From: Octopus bimaculoides
Taxonomy: Eukaryota
Assembly (NCBI RefSeq): GCF_001194135.2
Contig: NC_068990.1
Span: 94,094,370-94,158,369, forward strand
DNA: 64,000 nt
Direction of reading: 5' to 3'
This document shows, in pieces, positions 24,597-38,345 of this stretch (its first letter is position 1; the number at the start of each line of letters is the position of its first letter). The notes beneath the pieces are model-generated. The model ran no database searches. It worked only from the letters and a program-made list of their open reading frames with translations, and was not told the DNA's origin. Both the position numbers and the translations under genes were made by a program.

Positions 24597-25134
24597 GTAA
24601 GTCAATGCAAAGGTAAACAAGTGCAGGTTGCATTTTATATTGAAATGAAACTCTTAGAAGCAACTTGAACAAGTAAAAGCAACATTTTTAGCACAAAAAC
24701 GCTTTTGTGTAGAAATGTCAATGGTAAAAAGAAAAAGAATGCAGAAGACAAGTTTTTTTGAAAAAAGCTTTTTCCATGGAAATAAGATAAAAATAAAGCG
24801 TAAGAAGTATAAAATAATTCCCATCATGGCCATGCACCCAGCTCACTTCCTATTGAGTAACATACATTAAAAAAATACAACCGTTACACATCATCATCAT
24901 TTCAGTGTTCACTTCTCTATGCTTGCACAGGTGGGGAAACAAGTTGTCGAGGTAGATTTTCTGCAGCTGATCCTAACCCTTCCCATCACCAACTATCACT
25001 CATTTCCAAATAAGGTAAAAGTTACTCATGGGTGGACATGTTTTCAAAGAAGATTGGAAACAAAAGAATAACACTGCTTGTATGACAGTGATGCTCAGTT
25101 ACAACTATCACACAATGTCAAGACAAGGAGACAC

Positions 25135-25221
<87 letters not shown>

Positions 25222-27416
25222 CTGCTTCTTACAGTTTCCATCTAAGAAGGCTTTGGTCAGACCAGGGACTGAAGCCAAAACCATGTGTTTTCAAAGCAAG
25301 ATAATATTTCCTCACAACTAAATGAGCTTTCCACAAGAGACAGGAAAAAAAAAATATTGCCTGTATGACAGTGACACTTGTTTACAATCCTCACCTGATG
25401 GCAAGATGAGAGGACACACAAACACACAGATACATACACACAATGGGCTTCTTTCACTTTCTGTCCATCAAATCTGCTCACCATCCTTGAGCTATGGAAG
25501 ATACTTGGCCAAGGTGCAGAGGGAACCCAAAACAATGTCATTGAACAAATGTCTTTTTGTTAATGTTGACTGAAATGAGATGCAAAGCAAACCAAATCGG
25601 GAAGAAATGTAAAAAAAAAAAAAAAAAGAGATACAATAGAAAAACTAAGGGGGTTGTCTTGAACCTGTGCACCTCTCCCATAGGCTATGATTTTGATCTC
25701 ACCATTCCACCAGATTCTCCAAAAGCAATAGGGAAATCCAAATGGATGAACCTGAAAGAACGACAGCACTTGCCAACATCAAGAACTATTTGGAGGAAGA
25801 GTCAAAGGCCGAGATTCTAGAAACGAAGCAAAATCATAACTTTTAAGACCCAACAAAGAGTAAAGCAGCATCTCTTGTACACATCACCATCCAAGCTCCA
25901 TTAACACATCAGACAAAATGCTTGGCAGCGTTTCTACCCGTTCTTCATGTTCTGGATTCAAATACTGCCAAGGTCAACTTTGCCTTTCATCCATCTGAGG
26001 TCAATAAAATAAAGAACCAATCAAGTACTGGGGCTGATAGTATGAACTAACCCCCAATCCAAGGCTTGTGCCTATACCAGGAACGATGATGATGATGAGG
26101 AGGAGGGGTTAGAAAAAAAAACTATAAAGAGTATTAATCAGTGAAATGTAGTTTCAACATTTGTTATTGAGAAGCATTCCTGCTGAATATTAATGAAACA
26201 GGCTTCGTTAGATTAATTAAGAACTGCCTGGGAATTGTATCTGCCAGGACAGGGAGAAATCAGAGTGCTAGGACTTGTAGACCTTTAAAGATAAGTGTTC
26301 TGTTGTTGTAGCTTAGGTTTAACAGATTTAGTTGTATACTGGAGAGATAAACAAAGGTCTTAAGTTAATAACAAAAGAACTTAATACGAGGAAAAAAGGT
26401 AAAAATAAAACTTCATCCTAGTATAAATAATTTAGATTAATTTCTATTTTATAATTATTTATTTTTATTCAAACCTGATCATCCTTTAACGTCCACTTTT
26501 CCATGCTTGCATGGGTCAAACAAAATTCACTGAGACAGGTCTTACAATCAGATGCCCTTCCCATTACCAATCCTCCCAAACCCATTTCCAAGTATGGTAA
26601 TATTTCCCCTGGATCTTCAAACTCAAACAACACAATGGCCAACTGTGCATTCACAGAAGATTGTAAACAAAAATGATGGAGATATAATTTTTACAATTAG
26701 TATGTGATGCCAAGACACACACACGACAGACCTCTTTTAGTTTCTGTCCATAAAATCTACTCATAAGTTTTGTCAGCTTGGGGGATATAACCGAAGACGC
26801 CCAAGATGTTATGCAGTGGTGGAACCAAACCGGAAACCACAGAGAAAGCAAACTTCTTAAGCACAAAGCCGTGTCTGCACCAGCATTTAATAATAATGTT
26901 TAATGTCTGATGGACCTGGAGGGTTTTTTTTTTTTTTTTTTCAAACGGGAAAAAGAACCTAAGTCTAAAGAAAATCAATTCAAAATTAGCTTTCTTGTTA
27001 ATATCATACACGATTGAGCAAGGATAAACATCCTAAACACAAAATCACCTCAAGCACAACAGCAAACGAATAAAATGACAAAATAAATTCACAATGCATA
27101 CAGCCAGTAATATTCAAAAATCTGGATGAGAAACTGACAAAACCTAAATCAAACACATAAACGGAATTAACATCAAAAGTATTTTGTCCAAATTATCAGT
27201 AGTAGTAGTAGTAGTAGTAGTAGTAGTTTTTAAAGTGGTGGATTTGCAGAAATGTTAAAATGTCAGGAAAAAAATGCCTTACACTGTTCTTGCTCTTTAT
27301 ACTTTGAGTTCAAATCAAGTCCAAATCAATTTTGTTACAAGCTTTTCAGGTTGATAAAATACCAGTCATATACTGGGAGTGATGGTAGTGACTAACCCCT
27401 CCAACTCAAAACTATT

Positions 27417-27448
27417 GACCCTGACCCTAACCCTAACCCTGACCCTAA
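27417..27448 (+). repeat. Short telomere-like (CCCTAA/CCCTGA)n array at the tail of a family A SINE
   Basis: gaccct gaccct aaccct aaccct gaccct aa. Confidence 0.7.
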
Positions 27449-28711
27449 ATTAGAAATTAGAATTGAAGACAGTGAACTGGCAGAACCATTAAAGTGTTAA
27501 ACAAACTGCTTTATGGTATTTAGTTACAGATTTTATGATCTGAGTTCAAATCCTGCTATGATCAACTTTGCTTTTCATCCCATCCAGGGTCAATAAACTA
27601 AACTGGCCTTGTACTTAAATGAGAAACAGTTGTTATGATTCTTTAGATTTGTTTGGTAAAACATTACATGCAATGCTCTCTGTTATTTCTTTAATAGAAT
27701 TTTTCAGTTCCAAATCTTGCAGGGTCAGTTTTTGCCCTTTAATCATTTCAGCAGAGTCAATATCAATGAAATATTGGAAATTAATTCAATCAACGAAAGG
27801 TTTTCCCTCTTTGAAGAAAATTTCCGCCTGAAGCTTGAGGTCAACTTGTGTTTTTGTTTCATTTATTAAATTTTGGATATTTCCTTCATGCTCAGTCTTG
27901 TATGATGTTAACAATAACTTAATTTGGAATTTATTTCATTTCTTTAAAATTTATTAAAAAAATCTGCACTGATTTTTGCATGTCAAATTTTTTGTTGAAA
28001 GATAACACTGCTAATGACTCTGCACCTAATCATCATCATCATCATCATAATTAATAGCATGCAACACAGAACAGGGATTAGTTCTCAACACTTTGAAGCG
28101 ACAACCTGAATCTAATTGCTGTGTGAACCATTACGTTTATGTTTAATATTTCTGGTTAAAAAAAAAAAATTTTTAAAAAAACATGATTAGGACAATTTCT
28201 TTCCATCTCCCTCTCTTGAAATGCTTTCCTGCTTGTTAGACAGTTTGGCTTTGATGGCATTTTAATATCTATACAGAGAATTATCATCCTTTGGACAAAA
28301 TGCATAGCAGCATTTCTTCAGGCTCTTTACATTTGGAGTTCAAATTCCACCAGGGTTGACTTTGCCTTTCACGATTCATAATCATTGTCATTTAATGTCC
28401 ATTTTTCACACTGGCATGGGTTAGATGGTTTGACTGGACTTTGGAAGCTGGAAAGTTGTACCAGGCTCCAGACTCTTAAAACCTTTGGGGTCTGGTTCAA
28501 GGAAGACTTCCTGGTGAATAGAAACTGAGACAATGTTACTAGCATGGGGGTCAGTCTTACTTAGAAATGGGCTGAAAAGAAGCTAACCATGTAAGATCAG
28601 GCAGAGATGGTGAACTCATATATCAGCTCCCATCGTTTATTACCACATGACTGTTATGCCTTGCCCCTAGTTTTTATCTGAACACATGGCAGCATTTGCT
28701 TTTCATTTCAG

Positions 28712-28762
28712 AGAGCATGAAGATGCCACAGAGGCTGTGGGATCTGCATAGATTCCATGATG
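28712..28762 (+). CDS. Weak candidate 51-nt exon (SMKMPQRLWDLHRFHD)
   Basis: tttgcttttcatttcAG acceptor, ATG|GTGAGT donor, one open frame. Confidence 0.25.
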
Positions 28763-30999
28763 GTGAGTTGTCATTTGACTGATGTCTCCCAAAAACTCAT
28801 CTTTGATAGAGCTGTAACCTTTGCTCGAACAGAAACCATAATTGAGTTTTTGGTAACTGGAGTGCTAACAGTTCTCTACAAGTAATGAAGCCAGTAATAC
28901 AACAATCTACACGTTCTCTAGAGAATTAATGAGGGACAAGAGCAACAACATTCTTGAAAAGATGCTAAGCATCAACAAAGATCATCTCAACAGCCTTTTC
29001 ATGGGGACTGAGAACTTCCAAGAATCGCTGGCGTAGCAATGCTTATCGAGGGAATAGTGTCTTTGTCAGTTTCAAATAAACTGCACTGGCATGGAAGTGG
29101 TAAAGAAAGAGGTCTTAACCAGACTCAAACATTTTAACAGGTCTGTCAGTCTAATGACAGGAGCCAGAATGGACTTCTCCAGGTGCCAAACTATCAAGCC
29201 ATTTGCTTGTCCCAATTCGTATGTGCTTCTTTACCACCTGATAATCCTTCAGTGATTGGTAATAGCTAAAAGGTGGCAGGTAATGGTGAAATACACCCAG
29301 CATGCACTTGTAGGCTAGAGAAGAAAAACTACTCTTGGATAGAAAGGGTAATCCTGAATCTGGAGTTCTTTGAATGGTCCTTGTGGTTTGTCACACAGTG
29401 GAACGTCTCTTTTTATTCTGCTTGTACACTGTTTTGCATGCAGACCTTTTTTTATCACCAATTCTGCAAAAAGCCCTCGTTATTTTTGTTACTTGTTCTT
29501 ATAATGTCCTTTCCATTTGTAGTAAATAAAAGAAACTATTATTATTGCTGTTATTATCATAATTAGTATTAGCAGCAAATGATAAATACTTTAGAAAATG
29601 AAGGCTATAAAACCTCTTCAGTTCATAAAAACTACTTTCACCCACATTATTTACGTAGTCAGCAAAGAATGCCTTTATAACATGCCTTTACCCCAGTATA
29701 AGTAGGCACCCATACCTAAGTAAAACAATTATTGAAACAAAAATTACAACAAACAAAACATAATTTTTTTTAAAATTTAAAAAAAAAAGAATCCACTCAA
29801 ACTACGAGTAATTTATTCCCAATCTCAGTGAATTAAACTGTTAGAATATTTATAGTATGGCTAAAGTTTCACTGAAAAACATTTTTAACTAGGAAACAAA
29901 ACATTAAGTGACAAGCTCATTATATAAACCCATACAAGGTAAGAGATCCGTTGTTTTGCTATTTTCCAACATCTCTGTTGAATAAAGCACACCCATGTGT
30001 ATGAAAGAAAGAGAGAAGAAGAGGGAGAGATAGAATGGTGCATAGACATACATTTGTGTAGACATTAAACAGGATTACATGAAAATATTTCTGCATACAT
30101 TTATATTATTGTAATCATGGGTATATTTTGATATCACAATGTGTAAGCAACTTGCTTACATCACAAGTATGTCAATGTCTGTGCATGTGTTTGTGGAGGG
30201 ATGTTTTCCTGATTGCATGTATAAAATTACGTGTAAAATTATATACATCAGATAAATAGAGAGATAGAGAGAGAGATAGAGAGATAGAGAGAGATAGAAG
30301 AGAGAGACGTGAGTGCATATCTATACATACATACTAAAACACACACACATACATAGACATGAATTTATACACACACACATGCATTTGTATAAATGCATGT
30401 CACACACATATATAAACACACATACTTCGTGTATATGAAGTATGTGTGTATACACAATGTGTGTGCCTGTTTTAAAAACAGTATAGAAGTGTGAGTGTGT
30501 TTGATGCCAATTTACATTTGTACAATGGTAAACAAAGCTCTCTAGAGACAGCAAGAATTTCCACCAAGATTGCTTGAGCAAGCTAGAAGAATAGACGTTG
30601 GCAATGAATGCAATGACCTAAACAAGTTTTTGTGTAAATGGGAAGGTAGAAGATAACAATAATAATAATAATAATAATAACAATAATAATAATAATAATA
30701 ATACAGACCTAATGTAAACTTACTTTCAATACAAACACTTGTTGGTATGCTAAGAAGAAATTCTGGCAAACACAAGTGAAAACCGTTCTAAAAATGCAAA
30801 CAAAGTTACAATTCAAAATAAGAGAACAAGTTTGTGCCAAACAGAAAGAGTTCTATGCAGTATTTGTTTTTACTGCAGAGGAAATTATCTTGACTACAGA
30901 CTGAGCTATGGAGAGAAAAAAAAAAAAAAAAGAAACAAGGAGGAGTGTCCACTGCCTAAATAAAAGCTTGTTTCTTGAAGAGGGTAAATATTACTCCCT

Positions 31000-31400
31000 T
31001 ACATCAGCGAACAGTTTATTGGGTTAAACATTGCTGGATTACCATACATTCATTGAAGCTAGAACAACAAATGTCCATCAGGCAACAGCCGTATACAAAA
31101 TTCAGATTGGAATAAACTGAAGAATGGAAAATATACTGCAAAATAGAGTTGAAGAAGGAATGGAAATCAAGTCACTGAGTAAATTAGACTTTGATGCTTT
31201 AATCACTCTTACCTTTCAACTGGAGAAACCGATAAGCAGCAGATAAAAGCAAAGTGGTGAGTAGAAGGAAACTGTTCCACAACAGAACAACCAGACAGTG
31301 TGGCTTAAGGAAATTAAAAAACAAGATCCAGACCCACCCAGTAGATAAAGCCAAAAGTGAAAGATAGCATGTGTGGTAATTTGGGAAGAAAAATGGAGCA
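31000..31400 (+). mobile_element. Probable degenerate R4/Dong-like ORF fragment (pre-RT region)
   Basis: Purine-rich; residual KLFHNR...LKEIKK...FW.NLW-like pattern; heavily mutated. Confidence 0.35.
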
Positions 31401-33347
31401 GTTTCAAAGAAAATGGTGCCACATAAAATGCACTTGTACCAGTGGCACATAAAAAGCACCCATGTCAACGGCATGTAGAAAGCACCCAGCACACTCTCTA
31501 AAGTCGCTGACATTAGGAAGGGCAACCAGCCATAAAAAAAACCATGCCACAACAGGCTCCATGTCAAACCGTCCAACCCAGGCCAGCATGGAAAACAGAC
31601 ATTAAACAATGACAATGATTTCCAACTTATTCTAGATTCTGAAATTACATTGTGGAAAAGCCATTTTAGCCAACAAAAAACAAAGAAGAAACCCATTTTA
31701 TGCCTTCATGCAAGCTTATTTCAGTTTCCATCAACCAAACTACTCACAAGACTCATTTAAAAGAAGGGACACGTGCCCAGAGACTGAACCTGAAACCACA
31801 TGATTGGCTAGCAAATTTCTTAAGCACATAGCTTTATCTGCATCTAAGCATTCACCAAAGTTTCAAGTAAAGATCGGTGATGTGTGCTGTATGAGTAAAT
31901 TGTCCAATTCAAGAAAAAAAAGCGTAGATTAAAACCAATATATAAAAAGAATAAAGATATCTTTCATCAAAAGTTGTGTCTCCAATTTTCCACAGCCAAC
32001 CACACAGAAAATAATGTTCAAACACATTCACGTCAGACCCAAAGAATTTTACAAGTCTGAAATAATTTCATACAAATTAAAGAATGTCTACTTTTTAATG
32101 AATATTTTCTTTCTTCTTGCCCATTTTTTAATGTTCTACATCCTAAAAATTTTAAATATTTCGAAGAGAATTCTTCAAGTCTTCTTTCTTTCACATTTCT
32201 TTAAATCAACTTCTAAAATTTGCAGCTCTTCATGGCTATGTAATTAAGAAGATTACTTCACCACAACATGGTTTCAGGCCTCGTCCTATGGTGCAGCAAC
32301 TTGGGCCAACCAATGCCTTGTCAAAGTGGGTTAATATAAACACACACACACATATATATAACATGGGGAGGGACCTTTGTCTTTTTCCCCACACTGCTTG
32401 ACAACAAGTGTTGGTTATATTTGTGTCTCCATATCTTTGCAATTCGGTAAAAGAGGCTAACAAACAACTACCAGACTTAAAAAGAATAAGTCCTGGAATC
32501 AGTTTGTATGACTAAATCTTTCAAGGGGGTGCTCCAGCATGGCCACAGTCCAATGACTGAAACAAGTAAAAGAATAAAAGAACAGATGAAAAAAAAATTG
32601 AAAACCAATTTAAAATAATTCTCAATAAAACTGCAAAACAAACAAGTTTTGGAAAAGTTCAAGTATAAGACACACACACCATCGATTGCTTTAACAGACA
32701 AATACATTTCCTATTCTTTGTCATCAACATTAGAGTAATAATTATTTTGTAGCATTTCCTAATTTATTGCAAATTCATTGAATGCTGAAATTAGATATAT
32801 TTTTATATAGCTTTCTATATGAAAGGGGAAAAAATCAATTAAACAAAGCAAAAAATAGTGTATTTGTAATGAAGTCATTAAAACAGAATTCAAAGCAATG
32901 CATGAAATAATGCTATCAATTTTCCTACTAATGTAATAATCACTAGAATGCATCTTGGGGAAACTCTAAAATCAAAGGTGGCACCTTAATCAGTAATTCA
33001 TTGCTTCTAGAAGATAATCATTTGAAATCTAATTCCATTACAAGATCAGTGCAACAACATTAATTCCAACCACTACAGTCAAATAGAAGAATATAGATTC
33101 AACCCAAACTACATTTAATTAACTTTTATTTTCTGATATTTAATACACCTTTAATCACCTAATAATATTGGTGGGGTATTAGTTTGTTTATAGATCTTTT
33201 TTTTTACCAAATAAACTCTACTTTTGCTAAATCATAGATGACTCCTATATAGAATCCTCTTTGGATCCCTGGTCTCCATTTTGACACAAGAATTTTCATA
33301 TAAGACAAATAGAGGTATATTAAACATCATACAAGATAAAAACTCAC

Positions 33348-33450
33348 TTTATTGAAATTAACTTTCCTTCATGAGAAACGTAAAAGAAATACCTTCTGGC
33401 AATAGAGATCACTTCCAAACAAGAGCAGGCAATCTCATGAATCAAAAATT
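33348..33450 (-). CDS. Candidate 103-nt exon (FLIHEIACSCLEVISIARRYFFYVSHEGKLISI)
   Basis: Upstream U-rich tract with gtcaatttAG, donor AAA|GTGAGT, one frame open throughout; no family recognised. Confidence 0.3.
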
Positions 33451-34439
33451 CTAAATTGACATTATACATCATTAAGGAAAGAAAAAAGAAAAAAGTTTGA
33501 TTGGACAGAGACAGCTGAGGACCATTTTTTTCTCTTTTTTTCTGTAATTTTTTTTTCGCACCAATTGGAATTAGCAGCTAAGGAAATATGTAATTTCAAC
33601 TTCAAAAACCATTGCTTGCAACTCCTAAAAATTAAGGGGCATTTTCCTTACAGAGTAGAACATCTGTAAGAAGATCAGTAGGTTTAAATAAGAACAGGAG
33701 GTGCGTACATCATAGTCATCATATTAAAAAACTGGACGTTGGATTAGAAGAAAACCAATGTCCACATCATAAATATGAACTAAGAAGACAAGTTAAGGTA
33801 AAATAGCAGAAAGAGAGTTGTTTCAATTTCAACAACCTCAGAGACAGAAATACTAAGCACCCAATTACAAACATTGCCGTTGCTCACTTCCAAGTAAGCA
33901 ATTTAATACAAACATTGACTTAAATTGGTCTCTAATAACACACTGTACAAGAAATCAAGCCTACTGACCCAGACAACCTAAATCAGTTTTGTGTGGCACA
34001 ATGACATCATTGCATAAATTCAAAGAGAATACAGGAAATATAATTAGATATGAAAGCCATTAATCTTCAAGTCGATAATCCAGTATTCCTGTTGGGGGGG
34101 GGGAGGTCATGCAAGTTGAGGAGGTTCAGTAAGATAAATTCATGTGTGAGAGAGAGAGAGAGAGCATGTGACAGTGAAAATATATCATTGTTTTAATTCC
34201 ACTTTCCCATGCTTGCATGACAGTGACACTTGTTTACAACTATCACATGATGTTAAGGTAAGGAAACAGTGACACACACACACACACACAGATACACACA
34301 TACACACATGGCAGAATTCTTTCAGCATCCACCTACAAATCCACTTACAAAGCACAGGTCAGCACAGGGATATAGCAGAAGGCACTTTGCCCAAGATGCC
34401 AGGCAATGAAACTGAACCTAGAAAACACACACACACACA

Positions 34440-35684
34440 CAGTGTAGATGGTATCCATTCACAATTTTCAATTGCTAATTTTACATATTTAAAAAGAATT
34501 TTTGTTAGTCTTTGTCTTCTTCTAAAAAACATTAACCATTTTTGCTTTATTTTTTTTGCAGAATAATTGACTTTGGAAAATTAGAACCCCTCAATTTGTG
34601 GAAGAGGCATGGAACCCTTCCTTGGAATCCATGCTGGAAGGACAAACAAGGAGATTTCAGACTTCCTCAACATCAGCAGAAGAAGAATGATGGAAAAGGT
34701 CAGAAAGGAATTGGAAGATTCAGGGTTTGACTACAAGACAATAGCAGAGAGGGAAATCAGAAGACCAGAATTTGCCCCTGAAATCCAGATTATCAACAAT
34801 AATCCCAGTAAGTCAAGGATTGCAATTGCACAGGAGAAAGGTACGGATGAAAAGCTCATCAGGATGGGGGTGCATGAGGGAACAGTTACTACTTTTCATG
34901 CAAGACAAGGAAGAAACAATTTCTGTCCAAAGGGATGCAGGAAAAGTGAGTCAAGTACACCAAAAAGCTGATCAACACGTTGAAACAGCTACTGGAGCCA
35001 GACATGCTGTGGTTCTTCTCCAAGATCAACTCCCAGAACTAAAGGTGGCTTGCTGTCTCACTAGAGTCATTCAGATGAGATTTCCAGCAACAATCATGGT
35101 CTTCTGTGTTGTCAGCAGTGAAGGTGGTGTCATGCCACTCCATTTCTTCCCCCAGGAACCTCAGACTGAACATTAACAGCTACATCCATGTTCTGAACAA
35201 GGTGGTGAAACCTTGGCTCAACTGGGTAGCTGCAGGGAGGCCATACATATAGCAGCAAGACTCTGCACCCAGCCACACCAGTTGGAAGACCCCAGGCCTG
35301 GCTGTTGGAGAATTTCTTTGATCTCACAGCACCTGACATTTGGCCTTCCAACTCACCTGACTGCAAACCCCTCAACGTCTTTGTGTGGGGGCACAGTGAA
35401 ACAAGAGACCAACAAATCCAGCTGCAACATGAAAGAGGAGCTGAGGACGAGGATTACCAGGGCCTTCAGGGACCTAAAATGGGAGATAGTGATTAAGATC
35501 TGTGGCCAGTTCCAAGGTCACCTGGAGGCTATCATTGAGGCCAAAAGCAGGTTCATCGAGTGAAATTGACAGAACATGTCAGAGACAAACTGACTCAAAT
35601 CTGACGAATACAACTCAAAAAATAAAATAGCTTTTATTTTTTGCTGAGACAGTCATCATGCAAACAAATACTCTCCACACCCTG
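34440..35684 (+). mobile_element. Degenerate Tc1/mariner-superfamily maT (DD37D) transposon
   Basis: FPATIMVFCVVSSEGGVMPLHFF, QQDSAPSH...WPSNSPDCKPLN(D)VFVWG with 37 residues between the 2nd and 3rd catalytic positions after correcting a +1 frameshift near 35290 (3rd D mutated GAC>AAC); C-terminus ICGQFQGHLEAIIEAKSRFIE*; right end CACCCTG|TA at 35678-35686; left TIR degenerate. Confidence 0.9.
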
Positions 35685-35689
35685 TACAG

Positions 35690-35739
<50 letters not shown>

Positions 35740-36439
35740 GATATATCGTTGACCACTCAGAATGGTCAGTAGCATGAATATAGACAATAAAGATGAATAA
35801 AAAGTATCTTAAATACAAGATAAATTCTTGCTTTATTGAAATCATCTTCATTTTGAGAAAATGCCTTGTAGCAAATGACATGAATATGGAAAATGAAGAC
35901 GAAAGTATTTTAAATCCCCCTGGCCATTAAGTTATTTCAATTAACTCCTTTTTGCTTAAATTATGCAAATTAAATTAGGCCACAATTTTTTTTTTCAGTT
36001 ATTTTTCTATATCTGAGTATCACATTTGCTTGTGTCAAGATAGTCTCACATCTGTGTGCTGTTGATGCCTACTGAGGTAGAAATCCATGTCTACAGTTCA
36101 CCTCATGTTTCTAGAGAATCTCCCTCAATGGCATGGAAATTTTTGGCATAAGATTAATGCACCTTCTCATTTGGAACTGGTCCCAATTGCTATGAAGTAT
36201 TTGATTACTTCTGTTTACCTTCCTCCACAATTCTTCCTTCTTCTAACTTTCTGAAGAATAATATTACACTAATAATGCATGTGTGTGTGTGCGTGTGTGT
36301 GTGTTCTTTATTCTGTGTGCAGCCAGTATATATGTGCCAGCATGTATGGGTGTATTGTCAGGATGTGTGTGTTAAGCATTTCTTCGATTTTATGGGAGGA
36401 CAAGTTCTTATTTGCATCTTATTTTTAGAGACATTACCA

Positions 36440-36485
<46 letters not shown>

Positions 36486-36515
36486 TAGAGAGATAGAGAG
36501 AGAGANNNNNNNNNN

Positions 36516-36583
<68 letters not shown>

Positions 36584-36799
36584 TTGGCTTAAGGCCATGC
36601 ATGCATTTTAGTTGGTGTGTTTATTGATGCGTTGAAGCAGAGATATGAGGTTGTAAGTTTCACTCTGTGTGCGTGTGTGTGTGTGTGTAGATGCTGCGGA
36701 TAGATGAGTGAGCAGAAATAGTGATGCATTTTAGATGCATGTGGTTCTGTGCATGTGTGATAATAATATATATATATATATAGATTAAAGAAAAAGATT

Positions 36800-37560
36800 A
36801 CAGGGATTGAATTAACGGAGAATCAAAGTTTGATGAGTGAAAACGAGTACCACACATGAGGGGATGAGATTCTGGGAGACTATTGCGAAGAGCACAAGAA
36901 ATGCTGATGGAATGATCTTCATTGGATAATCATTAGAAAAATGAATTTGCCATAAGTGTTTGGTGGAACAGCCAGACAAGCATTGTTCAGTCTTCAATAA
37001 TATTGGTTCTTACGGAGGGAGCATTTTAGAAAGTGTATAGGGATAAGATGCCTAAAGGGAATAAGAACCAGGAGGAATCCAAGGGTGGACGATTTGAAGA
37101 CATAGAGAATAAGGTTGGTGTTAAAGACTGGGAAAGGAGGGAAGCTACTAGGGGTGGTAGGATGAGGTGAGATCAAAGTGTTTTGAGTTCAGTTGGACAA
37201 TTGCAAGTTGAGAAGAAGGAATAGCCAGGATTGTTAGGTTTGTGTAATTAGGGAAGGAGTATTTGGTGAGGTGCAGAGGTGCAGAGGATGAGGTTGACAG
37301 CAGGAAGAGGGAAATGAGCGGGTGGAGATTAAGGACACAAATTTCTGACAGTTGGGTGTGAGGTGGGTCGATTGAGAATGGAGTCGTGATGCTGTCAAAG
37401 AATTTCTGTTTTGTAGAAGTCAGCATCTCAAACAATCCATCTGTTTGATGTTGAGGTCATGTCAACTAACAAAGAATAAGAGAGAGTAGCAGCCAGCATC
37501 AGGTTGTGATTAGTGACTTCAGAGTAAGAGCAAGCTAGATTCAGAAATGAAAGACAGTCT
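36800..37560 (-). mobile_element. Degenerate Penelope-like element reverse transcriptase
   Basis: Minus frame LLP*LHKPNNPGYSFFSTCNCPTEL (about 37259-37185) matches the PLE motif LPKIHKPNNPGRPIVS.C.CPTE; downstream ILSLYT (about 37045). Confidence 0.7.
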
Positions 37561-37984
37561 GGAGCCTAAAAGGGGTCATCAACTAGGTGTAAGTTCAGAG
37601 AAATATAAATTAATGTATAAGATGCCTGGAATAAGATAGAAACTCATACAGCATAAAGCAAATTGAGAAACATGACAATCTACTAACAGTAACAGACTAA
37701 ATCTTGTACTGGGACAAGATACCAGCCAAAAGAGACAATATAGTGGAATAGTTTTGTAGATATAGCCATAAGAACGAACAGGCTGGCGAGGAAAGACTAA
37801 AAGACTAAGGGGTTGTAAAGAAAAACATCTAGTAGCAAAAAGAGAAGTTAGATGCCACATATGCTAAATAAGGGAAGAAGCTGAAAGAAACAAGTTTGCC
37901 AATGCTCTAAGATGTGAGGGTCAGAAGTGTGAAAAAGTTCAAGGAGCTAAAACCCCTTTTAACAACAAAGAGTGTCAGATAGAT

Positions 37985-38345
37985 TGTACAATGCTTGTGA
38001 ACAAAGTGCACTGCTGCATGCAGAAAATCTGCCAAAACCAGGAAATAAAGTGAACATGTTTAGCGGAAAGTATAATGTTGGTGTGTGCATGACTGACAAA
38101 ATACAAATAAGCTGAGGGAAAACTAGACATGAGGAATCAGATGTAGTGTGCAAAAAGTCTGCATCGGTTTGGGCATGTAATGCACATGTAGAATGACATG
38201 CGTAAAGAATTGCCACATGTTCAAAGTGAATGGAACTTGCAGAAGGAGGAGATCACAAATGATTTGAGATGAAGTGGTAAACAGTAATCTTAAGACTAAT
38301 TGCAAAACATTCCATCTCATGAAGAAAAGGACAAAAGACAGAGGC
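37985..38345 (+). mobile_element. RTE-clade LINE 3' fragment
   Basis: RLYNAC...ALLHA...LREKLDMR...RFGHVMHM...KVNGTCRRRRSQMIWDEVV-like frameshifted translation. Confidence 0.7.

Noticed and set aside
19520-25321. Many 60-200 aa ORFs rich in C/V/Y/I/H/T or X (also 36408-36627, 39364-41130, 50330-50943, 57714-58133, 62364-62852)
   Set aside because: Translations of (CA/GT)n, (TA)n, (GAT)n and (TAA)n microsatellites and N-gaps, not genes.
31213-31219. 7-nt minus-strand microexon-like TTGAAAG with UGC-containing pyrimidine tract and GTAAGA donor
   Set aside because: Not frame-preserving, and the tract is the antisense of a purine-rich probable LINE ORF remnant.
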